Shown piece by piece: positions 38,161 to 50,460 of a DNA stretch of 64,000 bases. Position numbers and translations under genes: made by a program. The number at the start of each line of letters is the position of its first letter. The first letter of the stretch is position 1. The DNA comes from Octopus vulgaris (Eukaryota), in the NCBI GenBank assembly GCA_951406725.2, contig OX597835.1, positions 248,001 to 312,000 on the forward strand, written 5' to 3'. The notes beneath the pieces were generated by a model. The model saw nothing but the letters and a program-made list of their open reading frames with translations, was not told the DNA's origin and ran no database searches.

Positions 38161-38425
38161 ATACATCTTACTGGTGTTATCATCTTGATTATTGCTTTCA
38201 CTACACTTTGGCTGTTGTGCACTCCAGCCTTCTTCAGGTGTTTTGAGTCAAACTGGGGTTGTATCAGAATTTCGAACCCAACCCTTTATCTGATTTTCAG
38301 GGGTACACTGTTCTCATTCCGCAACAATTTTTGCTTCAGTTGAATTATGAAAATTATCTTTAGTGCCTTGCTTGGGATTGAACTTAGAACTTGTAGGTGA
38401 CTGCACTGCATTAACCAATCTTCTT
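38161..38425 (-). mobile_element. tRNA-headed SINE carrying a decayed hammerhead-ribozyme-like motif
   Basis: Minus strand: tggttaatgcagtg...agttcaatcccaagc (A/B-box-like), then acacCTGAAGAaggctg-gagtgcacaa-cagccAAAgtgt. Confidence 0.5.
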
Positions 38426-38441
38426 ATCTAGTCTGACTAAT

Positions 38442-38803
38442 CATCATTATCATCATCATCATTATTTAACATCCGCCTTCCATGCTGGCATGGGTTGGAT
38501 GGTTTGACAGGAGCCAGCCAGGTAGGAGACTACACCCTACTTCTGTATCTGATTCGGCATGGTTTTTATGGCTGGACGCCCTTCCTAATACCAACCACCC
38601 TGCAGAGTGGACTGAGTGCTTTTTATGTGGCACCAGCATAAGCGAGGTCAGTTTTGGTATGGTTTTTACAGCTGGATGCCCTTCCAAATGCCAACCACTT
38701 CTCAGTGTGGACTGGATGCTTTTTATATGGCACCAGTACCAGCAGGATCACCAAATAACTTGCAAGACAAGGAATCTTTGAGAGATGTGGGGGGGGGGGG
38801 TAT
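38442..38803 (-). mobile_element. Family-C retroposon with 8-bp TSD
   Basis: (CAT)n tail at 38441-38460; TSD tgactaat at 38434-38441 and 38804-38811. Confidence 0.8.
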
Positions 38804-39979
38804 TGACTAATGTAAATTCCTTGTCTTAGTAATAAAGAATTGTATTAGAGTAACTCTGTTCTCTTTCTTTTCCCTCTTCTACTTTCCTCTTCATCTACTC
38901 CTGCCACTCCACCTTTTTGCTCCCACCTTTTCTCTTCCCCTTTCATAGCTCATCTTCCTTGCAGGGAAAGTTACTAAAAAGAGATTGTCATTCTATCCAG
39001 GAAGAGATTCACCTCTGCTTAATGGTGTTGAAATTATGTCCTTGTTGTTTGGACTATGATACTAGCTAACTATTTCTCCTTAATTCCATCGCTCTCTACT
39101 CCTTTCTCTTTACCCTCATCCCTTAGAGGTACACATCTTTATCTCTCTCTCTCTCTCTCTCTTTCATTTTAATTATCTTTTTTCCTTTATTTTTTTCCCT
39201 TGCTCTCTCCTCTGCTCACATCTTTATTGCTGTACCTCCTCTGCAACTTTTTCTCTCTCCCTCTTTACACACACATCTCTCTCTCTCTCTCTCTACCTCT
39301 GTCTCTTACACTCTTCCTCTCACACATTTCTTCCCCTCAAAAATCCTTTCTCTTTTATTCTACCACCTTTAATTCCTTCTCTTCAGTTTTATTCTCATTC
39401 TTCCTTCTTACTCTCTCCCTCTCTCATCTGTTGTCCAAGACATTTTTACTCTTTTTTTTCTTCCTTTTACCTCTCTACCCATCTCCAACCCCTGCTCCCT
39501 TTTCTACCTGTTCAGCCTTCCCACATTCTCTTCCACCCTTAATCCTTTTCTCTGCATGTCACTGTTCTCTACACCATCTTTTGCCTCTACCATTCTCTAT
39601 CTCTACCCCCCCCACCCTCTTCTCATCCAGCTTCATCCTCCTCTACCTTTCTCTCACTTCTATCCATCTTCTCTACTTTTTAACAAATATCTTCCCTCCT
39701 CTCTTTATACACATGTTCTCTTTTTTTCCTTTGCAAATTTTCACTCCTCCTCCTCCTCCAAACCATTCTTCTCATTCTCTTTCAGCCATTCTATCATTTA
39801 TTTATTTCCTTCCTTCATTTTTCTTTTCTTTTTTGTTTCATTCCTTCATTTTTCTCGTTCTCTCCCCCTCCCCTTTTCCCCTGCCGTGCGTTTGGTTTAC
39901 CTTCCAATTTCTTTCGAAATTTTCCCATTTTTTTCACTCTTGACCTTTAAAATTTCAATGTCTTTCACATTGGCTTAAT

Positions 39980-41860
39980 CCACTCAGCACCACTACTGCC
40001 GTCCACCACCACCACTACCACCACCGATACCGTCACTACGATCGTTACAACTACTACTACTACTACTGCTGCTTTTACGCCTCTTCCCCCCCTCCCGTAC
40101 TCTCTCAAAGTCATGCTTCTATTTCTCGGTCTCATTCATCGTCGTGTCGCTTCCATTCATTGCGTACCAACAACAGCAACAATTACAACACGCACCTCGA
40201 TTCCAATTGAGGAAACATGACTACGTTCTTCAGCTGAATTGCATAACTTGCACACCTAACAACATCGGCAGCTGCACCGCTGCTGCTGCTGCTGCCCGCT
40301 GCTGCTGCTGCTGCTGCCCACCGCTGCTGCTGCTGTGTCTTGTGTTTGCAGTCTCTGTCACTAGTCACTACTTTGTAGTAGTTCCAGAGCGGTTGAGCGC
40401 CATCGTTAACGCTTCCGCGCAAATCACATGCCAGGGGTGTGAAAGGGGAGGGGTGGAAAAAAAAAGCAACAACGAAAAAAGTAAGAAAAGAAGAAAAAAG
40501 CTTAAAGCAAATTAAAACCTCGAAAACCGACAAAATAAACAAGAAAAGGGGGAAAAACCCTACATTTGAGAAATATACAAAAACATAATAAATTTTCCAA
40601 AAAAGCATTGTTTGTAACTTAACTTTTCACAAGAATCTTGGAAACCTTGTACATATCAATCATCACAACGTGAAGTCGGAATGAAGCTACGGTGAAAGAA
40701 AATAAGAAAAAGAATCAAACCATAGACATCTCCAGAAGGATCGCAAAAGCAAGCTGAACGTTGATGCAACTCGCCAAAGAGTGAACCCATTTCCAAACGG
40801 ATGTACTTACATATTTCGCTGCTTTCAAACCCTTTTGCTTCTTGGAATTTATTAGGGTGGGTGGTTTGCAAGTAGTTGTTTGTTTTTGTTTTTTGTTTTA
40901 TTGTTGTTGCTATTATTATTATCATTTATATTTATGTGTGTAAGTATTTTGACTTAACTTCCCCACACCGACGGAACACATACACTTCGGGTAAATATGG
41001 ACATACGGAAAACTACTGCTGCCCTTCATACTACTACTACTACAACTTCTACCACTGTCGAGTTTATTGTATGTGTGTGTGGTGTATCCTCTCCCCATAA
41101 CCTTTCCTCACACACACACATCCACAGGTTACTTTATTTCTCTTTTAAATTCTTTTTTCTTCTTTCTCTCATACCTTTAATTTCCTTGTGTGAAGTTTTT
41201 TCCTTCTGTGAAGTTTAGCCCCGCATCATCTCTCCTCTCAGTTTCCATCCATCTCCGTTCTTGCTCTTTTCCATTCTTTCACCACACACACACACACACA
41301 CACACACCCGTCTCCTTTTCTTCTCTTTCCCTTCTTTTCTGATTATTCTTCAAAGATTTAAAACCTCTTTCTTCGTCCTTTCCTCCTAAATTCTCTTTCT
41401 TCCTCTTCCACACCACATCTCTCCACCACTTCGCCCTCACTATTCTCTCCACCCTGATGCCAATAGCAACAGTAGCGGCGGCGCTAGCTTAATATTAAGA
41501 CAATTTACTTTAATTAATTCTGCTTGGTCTCTCCCTCTTCACATCCTTTTGTTTTGCTCTTCTTTATATGTTCTCAACTACCTTTGATCTTCTGGTCACA
41601 CTGTGCGCATAACACGTTAACCCTTGAAACAACACATGTGCGCGCGCGCGCGTGTGTTAAAGAGAGAGAGAGAGAGAGACCGACCGCGTATGTTCGCGCG
41701 CGCGCGCGGTTTCGTGTCATTTTTGCGCAGATGGGACACACGCCGAAGAGTATTGTTTTATTAATTGACATGTATTTTTGTGCCCGTCTGTTATGGAGTC
41801 AATTGGGTTAAGCTAATGAATGGCTGCGGCTCGCGTGTCTTAGAGAGAGAGAGAGAGAGA
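39980..41860. promoter_or_regulatory. TE-free, CpG-enriched island; probable promoter or first exon of an unidentified gene
   Basis: Many CpGs versus depleted flanks, (CG)n runs, (CTG)n, an Inr-like TCATTC at 40132, an A-rich 5'UTR-like stretch (40457-40720), and an upstream 800-bp pyrimidine tract. Confidence 0.45.
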
Positions 41861-43029
41861 CCTATGTGCGTGTGTGTATGTATGAATGGGTTTCCTTAAT
41901 GTGTCTGTAAGATTAAGTATGTATACGTGTCTACATATATATGTAGTTGGTGTATATGAAAAGTATATATGTGTATGTATGTATGTATACATATGTGTAT
42001 GTATATATACGTATGTGTATGTACATATACGTGTGTGTATGTATATATATATGTGTATATATGTACGTATACATACATATATAAATACACATACCGCACA
42101 CGCTATTTAAAACAATGATGATATTAATAGAACCGTGTAACAATGTTATAAATTATCACTAACACAATTATGATACTCGACCGCCTTTGTTTGGATAGAA
42201 ATCTCTGATCAAATGCTTTATCAAGGGAGATCCTACAAGATAGGGGTTGCCAGATTTCTTATTAATTAATTCCTCCCCTTTTTCACAGATATTTTAATAC
42301 ACAGAAAAGAGCAAAAAATTCTATTGTTAACAAATGTCCTAGAATTTTCTATCATCCTCCAAGACTAGTTAATAATTACATTGTGCTTCTATTAATTAGA
42401 GTAAAGAAATATTTACTAATTAGAATTACTAATTCTATTTTTGAGGGAATATGGTGTTTTGGTCCAAATATTTCCAGTTTTTAGTAATATTTGTTATTCA
42501 TTGTTGCATGTCCACACTTCTCTCTCTCCCTCTCTCTCTCCATATATATATATATATGTATGTATGTGTGTATATATATATGTACATATATGTATGTATG
42601 TGTGTGTATATATATATGTACATATATGTATGTATATACATACATACATACATACAAACATGTTATTTTTATACATTTACATATGCACAGAGTGCGCATG
42701 CAGATATATACATACACACACACACACACTCGGGTATATCTTGAAATTGTTTGTCTCAAAGAACAGCCTTAATGTTTTGGAAGACAATTTAATTAAGCCA
42801 AACAGTTTGCATATTCTCATTAACATGGTGATTATTAAAAACAACTGAAAACAAATCAGCAAACATATATAAAAACATTCTACTTGTACAAAAATACTGC
42901 TCTGATGTCCTTCTACTGGTTTCTCTTATGACTGACCAAGCTGGGGCACTTGCTGTCTCAGTAGAAAGGAATTTTCATTTTTTTCATAGTTTATCAGATT
43001 CTATTATTAGTGTTGTTGTTGTTGTTGTT

Positions 43030-43935
43030 AAGGTAGTGGATTGACATGATTGTTAGAAGTTTTGAAAATGCCTTGCAACATTTATTTTGATTCTCTACAT
43101 TCTGTGTTCAAATCCTGCTGAGGCTAACTTTGCCTTTCATCTTTACAGGGTGGATAAAATAAAATACCTGTTAAGTACTGGATTGATAAGCCATCCCCCT
43201 CAAAATTACAGACCTTATGCTTTAAATTAGAAGCCATTGTTATCATAATTCTTCAAGCCAAAAAAGAAAAAAAAAATGGTAAGAGACTTAGGAGTCGGCC
43301 CGGAACAAGATGATCGGATAATATTCATAGACTCAGTTGGTCATGCTTGGGAATCCGTCCAAAAAATTTAATGATGGTTTCTTCTGATAAGACCCTGTGA
43401 AGGAGATGCCTGAGCCTTCTACTTCAACAACCCAGTAATAGGGGGCCAGAAAATGGATGGATTATTATCATTTATCATTATTTTAATTTTTATTAAGGCA
43501 GTGAGCTGACAGAAATATTAGCATGCTGGGCAAAATGCTTAGTATCATTTTGTCCTTCTTCACGTTCTGAGTTCAAATTCCATCAGGGTTGATAAAATAA
43601 GTGTCAGTTACATACTGGGTCGATGTAATCAACTAACCCCGCTCCCCCAAAATTTCAGGCCTTGTGCCTTTAGTAGAAAGGATTATTATTATTATCATTA
43701 TTAAGGCAGTCAGCTGGAAGAAATGTTAGCATGCCAAGCAAAATGCTTAGTGGCACTTCGTCCATCTTCATATTCAGAGTTTTTAAATTCCACCGGGGTC
43801 AACTTTGCCTTTCATCCTTTCGGGATTGATAAAATAAGTACCAGTTGAGTACTGCGGTCAATGTGATCAACTTGCCCTGTCCCTTGAACTTGCTAGCTTT
43901 GTGCCAAAATTTGAAATCATTATTATTATTATTAT
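43030..43935 (+). mobile_element. Chain of three family-A SINEs
   Basis: Heads at ~43030, 43495 and 43702; (ATT)n spacers. Confidence 0.8.
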
Positions 43936-44529
43936 TATTTAAAGATAATCAATGGATGGGATAGTCTTGTTTTAAATAAAGTACTTTGTGATGTTTAGTT
44001 AGGTTGCTTTACCAAGTTCAGATCCTGTAGAAATGAACTTAGCTTTTCTTCCTTCCAGAGGTTTATAAGGTAAGTACCAGTTAACCACCAGGGTCAGAAT
44101 AATCAACTACACCCATTCTTCAACTATAAGCCTTGTGTCAAATTTTTTGATTTTTCTCACTTTTCCATCCCGGCATGGGTCGATTGTGACTTTTTGTCTC
44201 TTGAAGTAGTGGTTTATAACTGGATTCTTTTCCTGAACCCAACTCTTTTAGTTGCCCCTTACAACATGCAGGGGTACAATGTGTCAGTCATAAAAATTGG
44301 CAGACACATTGCATAGAAACTATTATTAATCAGAATTGTTCCGCTATTCGTACAAAATACCTTGTGTTATTTCATTATGGATGTTTTGATTTTAAATCTC
44401 ACTCAATGTCAACTCTAAGTGACCTTCTTTTAGGTATTTTTGATTAGAAAGAAAATACCAGTTAAGTTGACGGTCTTGACTCATCCCGTCACCTTGGAAT
44501 TTGCTGGTCTTGAGCCTAAATTAAAGACT

Positions 44530-44930
44530 ATTGAGTTTAAATACTGCTGATATTAACTTTGCCTTTTATCCTTTTGGGATTTGATAAAATGAGTAGCAAT
44601 CGACTCCCTGTGGTTGATATAATTGATTTTCCCTTTCCCTCAAATCCAGGCCCTGTACCTACAGCAGAAAGAATTATTATTATTATTATTATATGAGGTG
44701 GTGAGCTGACAGAATTGTTAGCACATCAGAAAAAAGACTTAGTGTGGCATTTCTTCTAACTCTTTATGTTCTAAGTTCAAATTCCACTGAGGTCGACTTC
44801 ACCTTTCATCCTTTCCAGGTCGATAAAATAAGTACCATCTGAACACTGGGGTTGATGTAATCAACTAACCCTGCCTTCCCCTAAAATTGCTGGCAGCTTT
44901 GTTCCCAAATTTGAAACCATTATTGTTGTT
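44530..44930 (+). mobile_element. Two family-A SINEs
   Basis: Body and tail at 44530-44690; full copy at 44695-44925. Confidence 0.75.
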
Positions 44931-45304
44931 GTTATAAGTACAGGTGTGTCCCTCTGGCTAAGGAGCTTGCTCCCCAGCTATCTAGTCTTAAGTTCCACTG
45001 TGCAGCACTTTGGACACTAAGCTCTGGGTCAACCAAAGCCTTGTGAGTAGATTTGGGAGAAGCCCGTCGTGTGTGTGTACCCTTGTTTTAACATCACATG
45101 ATGGTTGTAAATGAGCATCCCCATCATACATGTGTTCTTGTCCATTTGTAGTCTTTTTTAAAATACATGTCCAGCTGAGGGTAAGAGGGTTGGTGACAGA
45201 GAAGGCACCTGGCTGTAGAAAATCAATCTCAACTAATTCTGTCTGACCCATGCAGGCATGGAAAAGTGAATATTAAAAGAACGACAACAATCTTTTCACT
45301 TTTC

Positions 45305-45464
45305 ATTTCGTTTACTCGCTTCAGTCATTAGACTGTGGCCATACTGGGGCACCACCTCGAAGAATTTTTGGTCAAAAGAACAACCCAAGGACTTATTTAT
45401 TTTAAGCCTAGTACTTATGCTATCAGCCTCTTTTGCTGAACTGTCAAGCAGTGGTGGGGACCAA

Positions 45465-45496
<32 letters not shown>

Positions 45497-45872
45497 GGTA
45501 GAAAAATTAGAGAAATTTTCTACGAGTGGCTAGCATGCATAAAAATAGTCAATAGACAATATATTAGTCATATAAAATTTTTTTCATCCCTTTCGAAATT
45601 ACTCTTAACCATGGTTGGGGCTTTGACTGTTCCTTTTAGCATGTAAGGTGTCATGTTAGGGTCACCTCCTTTGCATACAAATGTACACTAATTTTATATA
45701 TATATATATATATATATAAATACCCAACAGGCATCTTTCAGTTTCCGTCTACCAAATCTACTTACAAGGCTTTGGTCAGCCCAAGGCTATTGTAGAAGAC
45801 ACCCAAGGTACTGCACTGTGGGACTGAACCTGGAACCACGTGGTTGGGAAGCAAGCTTCTTACCACACATCC
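45305..45872 (-). mobile_element. Family-B SINE with a ~190-bp foreign insert in its central TA tract
   Basis: Tail at 45305-45480, insert at ~45496-45694 flanked by (TA)n, head at 45725-45872. Confidence 0.75.
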
Positions 45873-46392
45873 ATGATGATGATTAATATCATCATCGTCC
45901 TCATCATCATAAAGGTTGAACATAAGTGTTTGTAGAGTAATGGTCTATGTTCACCAAAATATTATTTTGACCCTGTACATTTTCTATTCGGTATGTCACA
46001 GGGATCAAGTATTTAGATTCTTCTAATTAACCATACCTTCTCTTACCTGCTCTCCCAAGATTGTGGAGGTGGTGACAATGTAAAGAAACAAATAAAAACC
46101 CCACTGATGTCAACTGTAGCTTTCATTCTTCCACAGTTGTGATAAATAGGTACCAGTAATGCGCCAGGGTCAATTTAATCAATTCCCTGCTTTTCTCAAG
46201 ATTTTTGGCTTTGTGCCAATATTAGGAATCCTTATTGATGTTGATGTTGTTGCAATTAACTTTGCTCTTTGATTTCTTCAGCCACACCACTTCGGTTGTG
46301 AGTATTCTTTGTTCAGGTGGGTGGGGAGCGCTTTTGACGTCATTTCCAGTCATAAATATAGACTTGTTTCACATACTCAAATATTAGTTTGT

Positions 46393-46423
<31 letters not shown>

Positions 46424-47151
46424 TGTAGTGTATTGTGTATAGACACACAGTATAGATATATGCATTTGTGTGTGTGTGTGTATGTGCGAAAAATATATAT
46501 TAACAACGCACACATACATTTTATGTATTACATATAAATATGAGTGTGTAAGTATGTCTGTATATGTATGTGTATATATGTGTTTATGTGTATAATACAT
46601 GTTGTATAGATATATGATTTTTATGGTTTGTTTTCTTTTGTTTCAATATTCTATATTTCAATTGTTTATATTACGTAATTATTTTTTAGTGCTTTTTTTA
46701 TTAGGGCTTCTTTGAGGATATTTAGCCAGTTGTTTTGTTATGATAATAGTGATGATGGTGCTGGTGATGTTCTGTTGAGAGGTGGTTGTTGTTGTTGTTG
46801 TTGTTGGTGGTGGTGGTGTTCTGTTATCAGATTGTTTGATGATAGTGGTATCCTTTTCAGAGGTTGTTGGTGATGATGGAGATTGTGTTCTTTTGTGAGG
46901 GTGATGATGGTGATGGTGGTGTCCTTTTGTGACGGTGGTGGTGGAGGCAGTGCCCCTTTTGTGAGGTTGGTGATGGTGATGGCAGTGGTGTTCTTTTATG
47001 ATGCTAGTGGTGGTCTGTTAACAAGGTTGGTAATGGCAGTGGTGTTCTTTTATGAGGAGGGTGTTGATGGTTTGCTGGTTATGATCACTCAGAGTCTATA
47101 AAGATGGTGAATCATGCAAGCGGGTGAGGTATTATACTGAATACTCTCTCT

Positions 47152-47930
47152 TACTTGTTTCAGTCATTTGACTGTGGCTATGCTGGAGCACCACCTTTAG
47201 TCAAGCAAATCAACCCCAGGACTTACTCTTTGTACGCCTAGTACTTATTCTATTGGTTAATTTTTGCCGAACCACTAAGTTACGGGGACGTAAACATACC
47301 AGCATCAGTTGTCAAGCAATGCTAGAGGGACAAATACAGGCACACAAACATATGCACAAACTCATACATACATATATATATACATATATACAAAATAAAC
47401 AAGAGTGAAAAAACTACAGAAGACTTGTGTTATATGGTTAAAGAATATATTTAAGTCATTATGTTAGAAAATTTTGTTTATAGTAACATAGTTTTGGAAG
47501 AAATATCCGGTTTTGTATTTTCTTTTCAAATTTCTCAAAACAAAAAAAAAAGAAAATACGAAACCGGTTATTTCTCCAAAAACTACATTACAATACACAA
47601 AATTTTCTAACATTTTTCTAACATAACAACTTAAATATATTCTTTAATCATATAACACAAGCCTTCTGTAGTTTTTTCACTCTTTTTTTATTTTTTATAC
47701 ATCCAACCACGTGCTTTCACATACCAACTCTCTCACCTATATATATATATATACACGCACATACATATATACGACAGGCTTCTTTCAGTTTCCGTCTACC
47801 AAATTCACTCACAAGGCTTTGGTCGGCCCGAGGCTTTAGTAGAAGACACTTGCCCAAGGTGCCACACAGTGGGACTGAACCCGGAACTATGTGGTTGGTA
47901 AGCAAGCTACTTACCCACTCCTACGCCTGT
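47152..47930 (-). mobile_element. Family-B SINE with a foldback insert in its central TA tract
   Basis: Tail at 47152-47385, head at 47770-47930. Confidence 0.85.
47387..47699. repeat. Long imperfect palindrome (~140-bp arms, ~20-bp loop)
   Basis: aagagtgaaaaaactacagaag.cttgtgttatatg.ttaaagaatatatttaagt...ccggttttgtattttctttt mirrors aaaagaaaatacgaaaccgg...acttaaatatattctttaatcatataacacaagccttctgtagttttttcactctt. Confidence 0.92.
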
Positions 47931-48282
47931 AAGCAAAAAACGTAAAAATGATGTTAAACCAAAAGCAAACCTTCAATAAATTGAAATTCAACTTTTAGTC
48001 AAAGAAAGAAACAGTCAACTGGTTGACACCTTTCAACTAAAAGTTAAAAGATGAAATTAGTTGATCGATTTCACAAAATTTCAAATTACTTGCTTCCAAT
48101 GAATTCTGATCTTTGTTGGCTGACAAAAGTGAGAGCCATATTTTTGGTCTTGTGGGATTTTGTTGCTGCAACAAATAGCCACACATCAACTTGCTGGATC
48201 TGTCAACAAAGATTTTATAATTTCTCCATGCTCTGGCTTTTAAATTTTCCTGTATATTGTAGTGTATGTGTGTATGTATGTA

Positions 48283-48349
<67 letters not shown>

Positions 48350-49087
48350 GAGAGAGAGAGAAACATATACATACATGCATACGTCACCATTATTTTAACT
48401 GCCAATTTTCCATGCTTTTATGTGTTGGATAGAGTTTATTGAGGCAGATTTTCTAAGGCTGGACGCTCCTCTTGTGGCTAACCTTTACCTGTTTTCCACA
48501 AGAGGTAATAGATATTTCCCAATGGCCAGACATGATTTCACAGAATATTAAAAATGATTGACAGTGCTTGTATGTCATTGACACTCGTTTACAATTCTCA
48601 TGCTATGGTGAAGACACGCATGCCCCCACACACACACACACAAACACATACTCAGACATACAAACATATATATATATATATATATATGATTGGCTTCTTT
48701 CAGTTTCCATCAACCAAATCCACTGACCAAGTTTAGGTGAGGCTGGAACTATTGTAGAAGACACTTGCCTAAGGTGACATGCTTGCATATACATGCATGA
48801 TGCCTGCTTCGTTGCTCTCAAGTATAAGATGACAATGCCAGTATGTCAAGCGATACATGTCCATAACAGTTTTTGAAGTGAGAAAAGGTTTTGTACACAA
48901 CCAATCCCATTCTCTGAGCAATGATGACAGATACCCCAAAAAGAAGAACTCGTCAGCATTATTGGCTGCCACTGAGTCACAGATTTTGCATCAGTTTTTC
49001 TTCTCCTGGAGTGATGTCCTAACGGGGACTAGGGGTTCATTCATATACATGTCTAGACATGCAACTAAAACAAAACATACAAATCTG

Positions 49088-49224
49088 CAGGTGTGACTGA
49101 GTGGTAAGAAGCTTGCTTCCCAACCACACGGCTTCAGGTGGCAAGTGTCTTCTGCTATAACCCCAGGCCGACCAAAGTCTTGTGAGTGGATTTTGTAGAC
49201 AGAAACTGAAAGAAGCCCATTGTG

Positions 49225-49255
<31 letters not shown>

Positions 49256-49457
49256 GTGTGTTTGTGTTTGTCCCCCCACCATTGCTTGACCACCAGTGTT
49301 GGTGTGTTTACATTCCTGTAACCTAGCTGTTCAGCAAAAGTGACTGATAGAATAAGTACTAGGCTTACAAAGAATAAGTCCTGGGGTCGATTTGTTCGAC
49401 TAAAAGGCGGTGCTCCAGCATGGTCACAGTCAAATGACTGAAACAAGTAAAAGAGAT
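49088..49457 (+). mobile_element. Family-B SINE
   Basis: gtggtaagaagcttgcttccc...(TA)n...ggcggtgctccagcatgg...gactgaaacaagtaaaag. Confidence 0.85.
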
Positions 49458-49834
49458 ACATCTGTATTTATGTATGTACGTACATCACTCAACCAACCAT
49501 TTTAACATTCACTTTCCCAAGCTTGCATGGCTCAGACGGAATTCATTCAGACAAAGTGTCAACAGCCAAATACTTCACATGTGGAAACAGACAGATGCCC
49601 AACTGGCAGAGTCAGCAGAATTTCAGATACATTGTTTTCCATTACCTTGAGATCAGTTTTGTCTTTCATCTTTCAGGGTCAGTAATTAAAGCACCATTTC
49701 TGTGCTTGGATTATTCTTCTTTCTTGCATTTTCTTTCTGTCTATATGACTTTCTTTTTTCTGAAAGCCATTGGATGTGGTCAGAGCTTGAGAGAGATGAG
49801 CTCTACCAGGTCTAAATATGTGTAATCCTTATAG

Positions 49835-50460
49835 CCTTGTTGGCGTTAGGAAGGGCATCCAGCCATAGAAACTCTGCCAGATTGGATTGGAGTCTGGTGC
49901 AGCCATCTGGTTTGCCAGACCTCAGTCAAATCGTCCAACCCATGCTAGCATGGAAAGTGGACGTTAAACGATGATGATGATCTACTTTTTCATGCTGGTA
50001 TGTGTTGGACCCTTTTTTCCCTTCTACAGTGCTTTTACTGTCACATGCCCTTCATGTTGACAACCCTTCTAGTTGCATCTTACGGCATGCAAGAATGTAT
50101 TCAAAATAATAGTATACATATGTTTTCTACATGTATATCATCATCATCATCAGTTAACATCTGTTTTCCATTCTGGCATGGGTTGGAGAGATTGACCGGA
50201 GCTGGCCAGGCAGGAGGGCCATGCCAACCTCCATTGTCTGTTTCGGCATCACTTCGGTGGCTGGATGCCCTTGTAACCACCAACCGCTTTACAGAGTTTC
50301 CCCCAGGTGCCTTTTTTCATGGCACCAGCACCAGCAGGGTCACCTTGTACTTTGCAAAACAGAACAAAGTCCCCTTGACTAGGGGTAGTAGTAATGAGGG
50401 AGGTGGCTTTGTGCCAGTTGATGAGAGGTTAAAAGAATAATAGAGGAGGTTGGATAGGTG
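49835..50460. mobile_element. Two family-C retroposon ends in opposite orientation (+ at 49835-49982, - at 50137-50460)
   Basis: ttggcgttaggaagggcatcc...catggaaagtggacgttaaacgatgatgat, and its reverse complement after (CAT)n. Confidence 0.75.

Noticed and set aside
39200-39978. 247-aa hydrophobic ORF
   Set aside because: A polypyrimidine tract lacks stop codons by composition; the product is mostly L/F/S/P.
40144-40515. Poly-Q/A/C ORF in the CpG island
   Set aside because: GTG start, driven by CAG/CTG repeats and A-tracts; more consistent with UTR.
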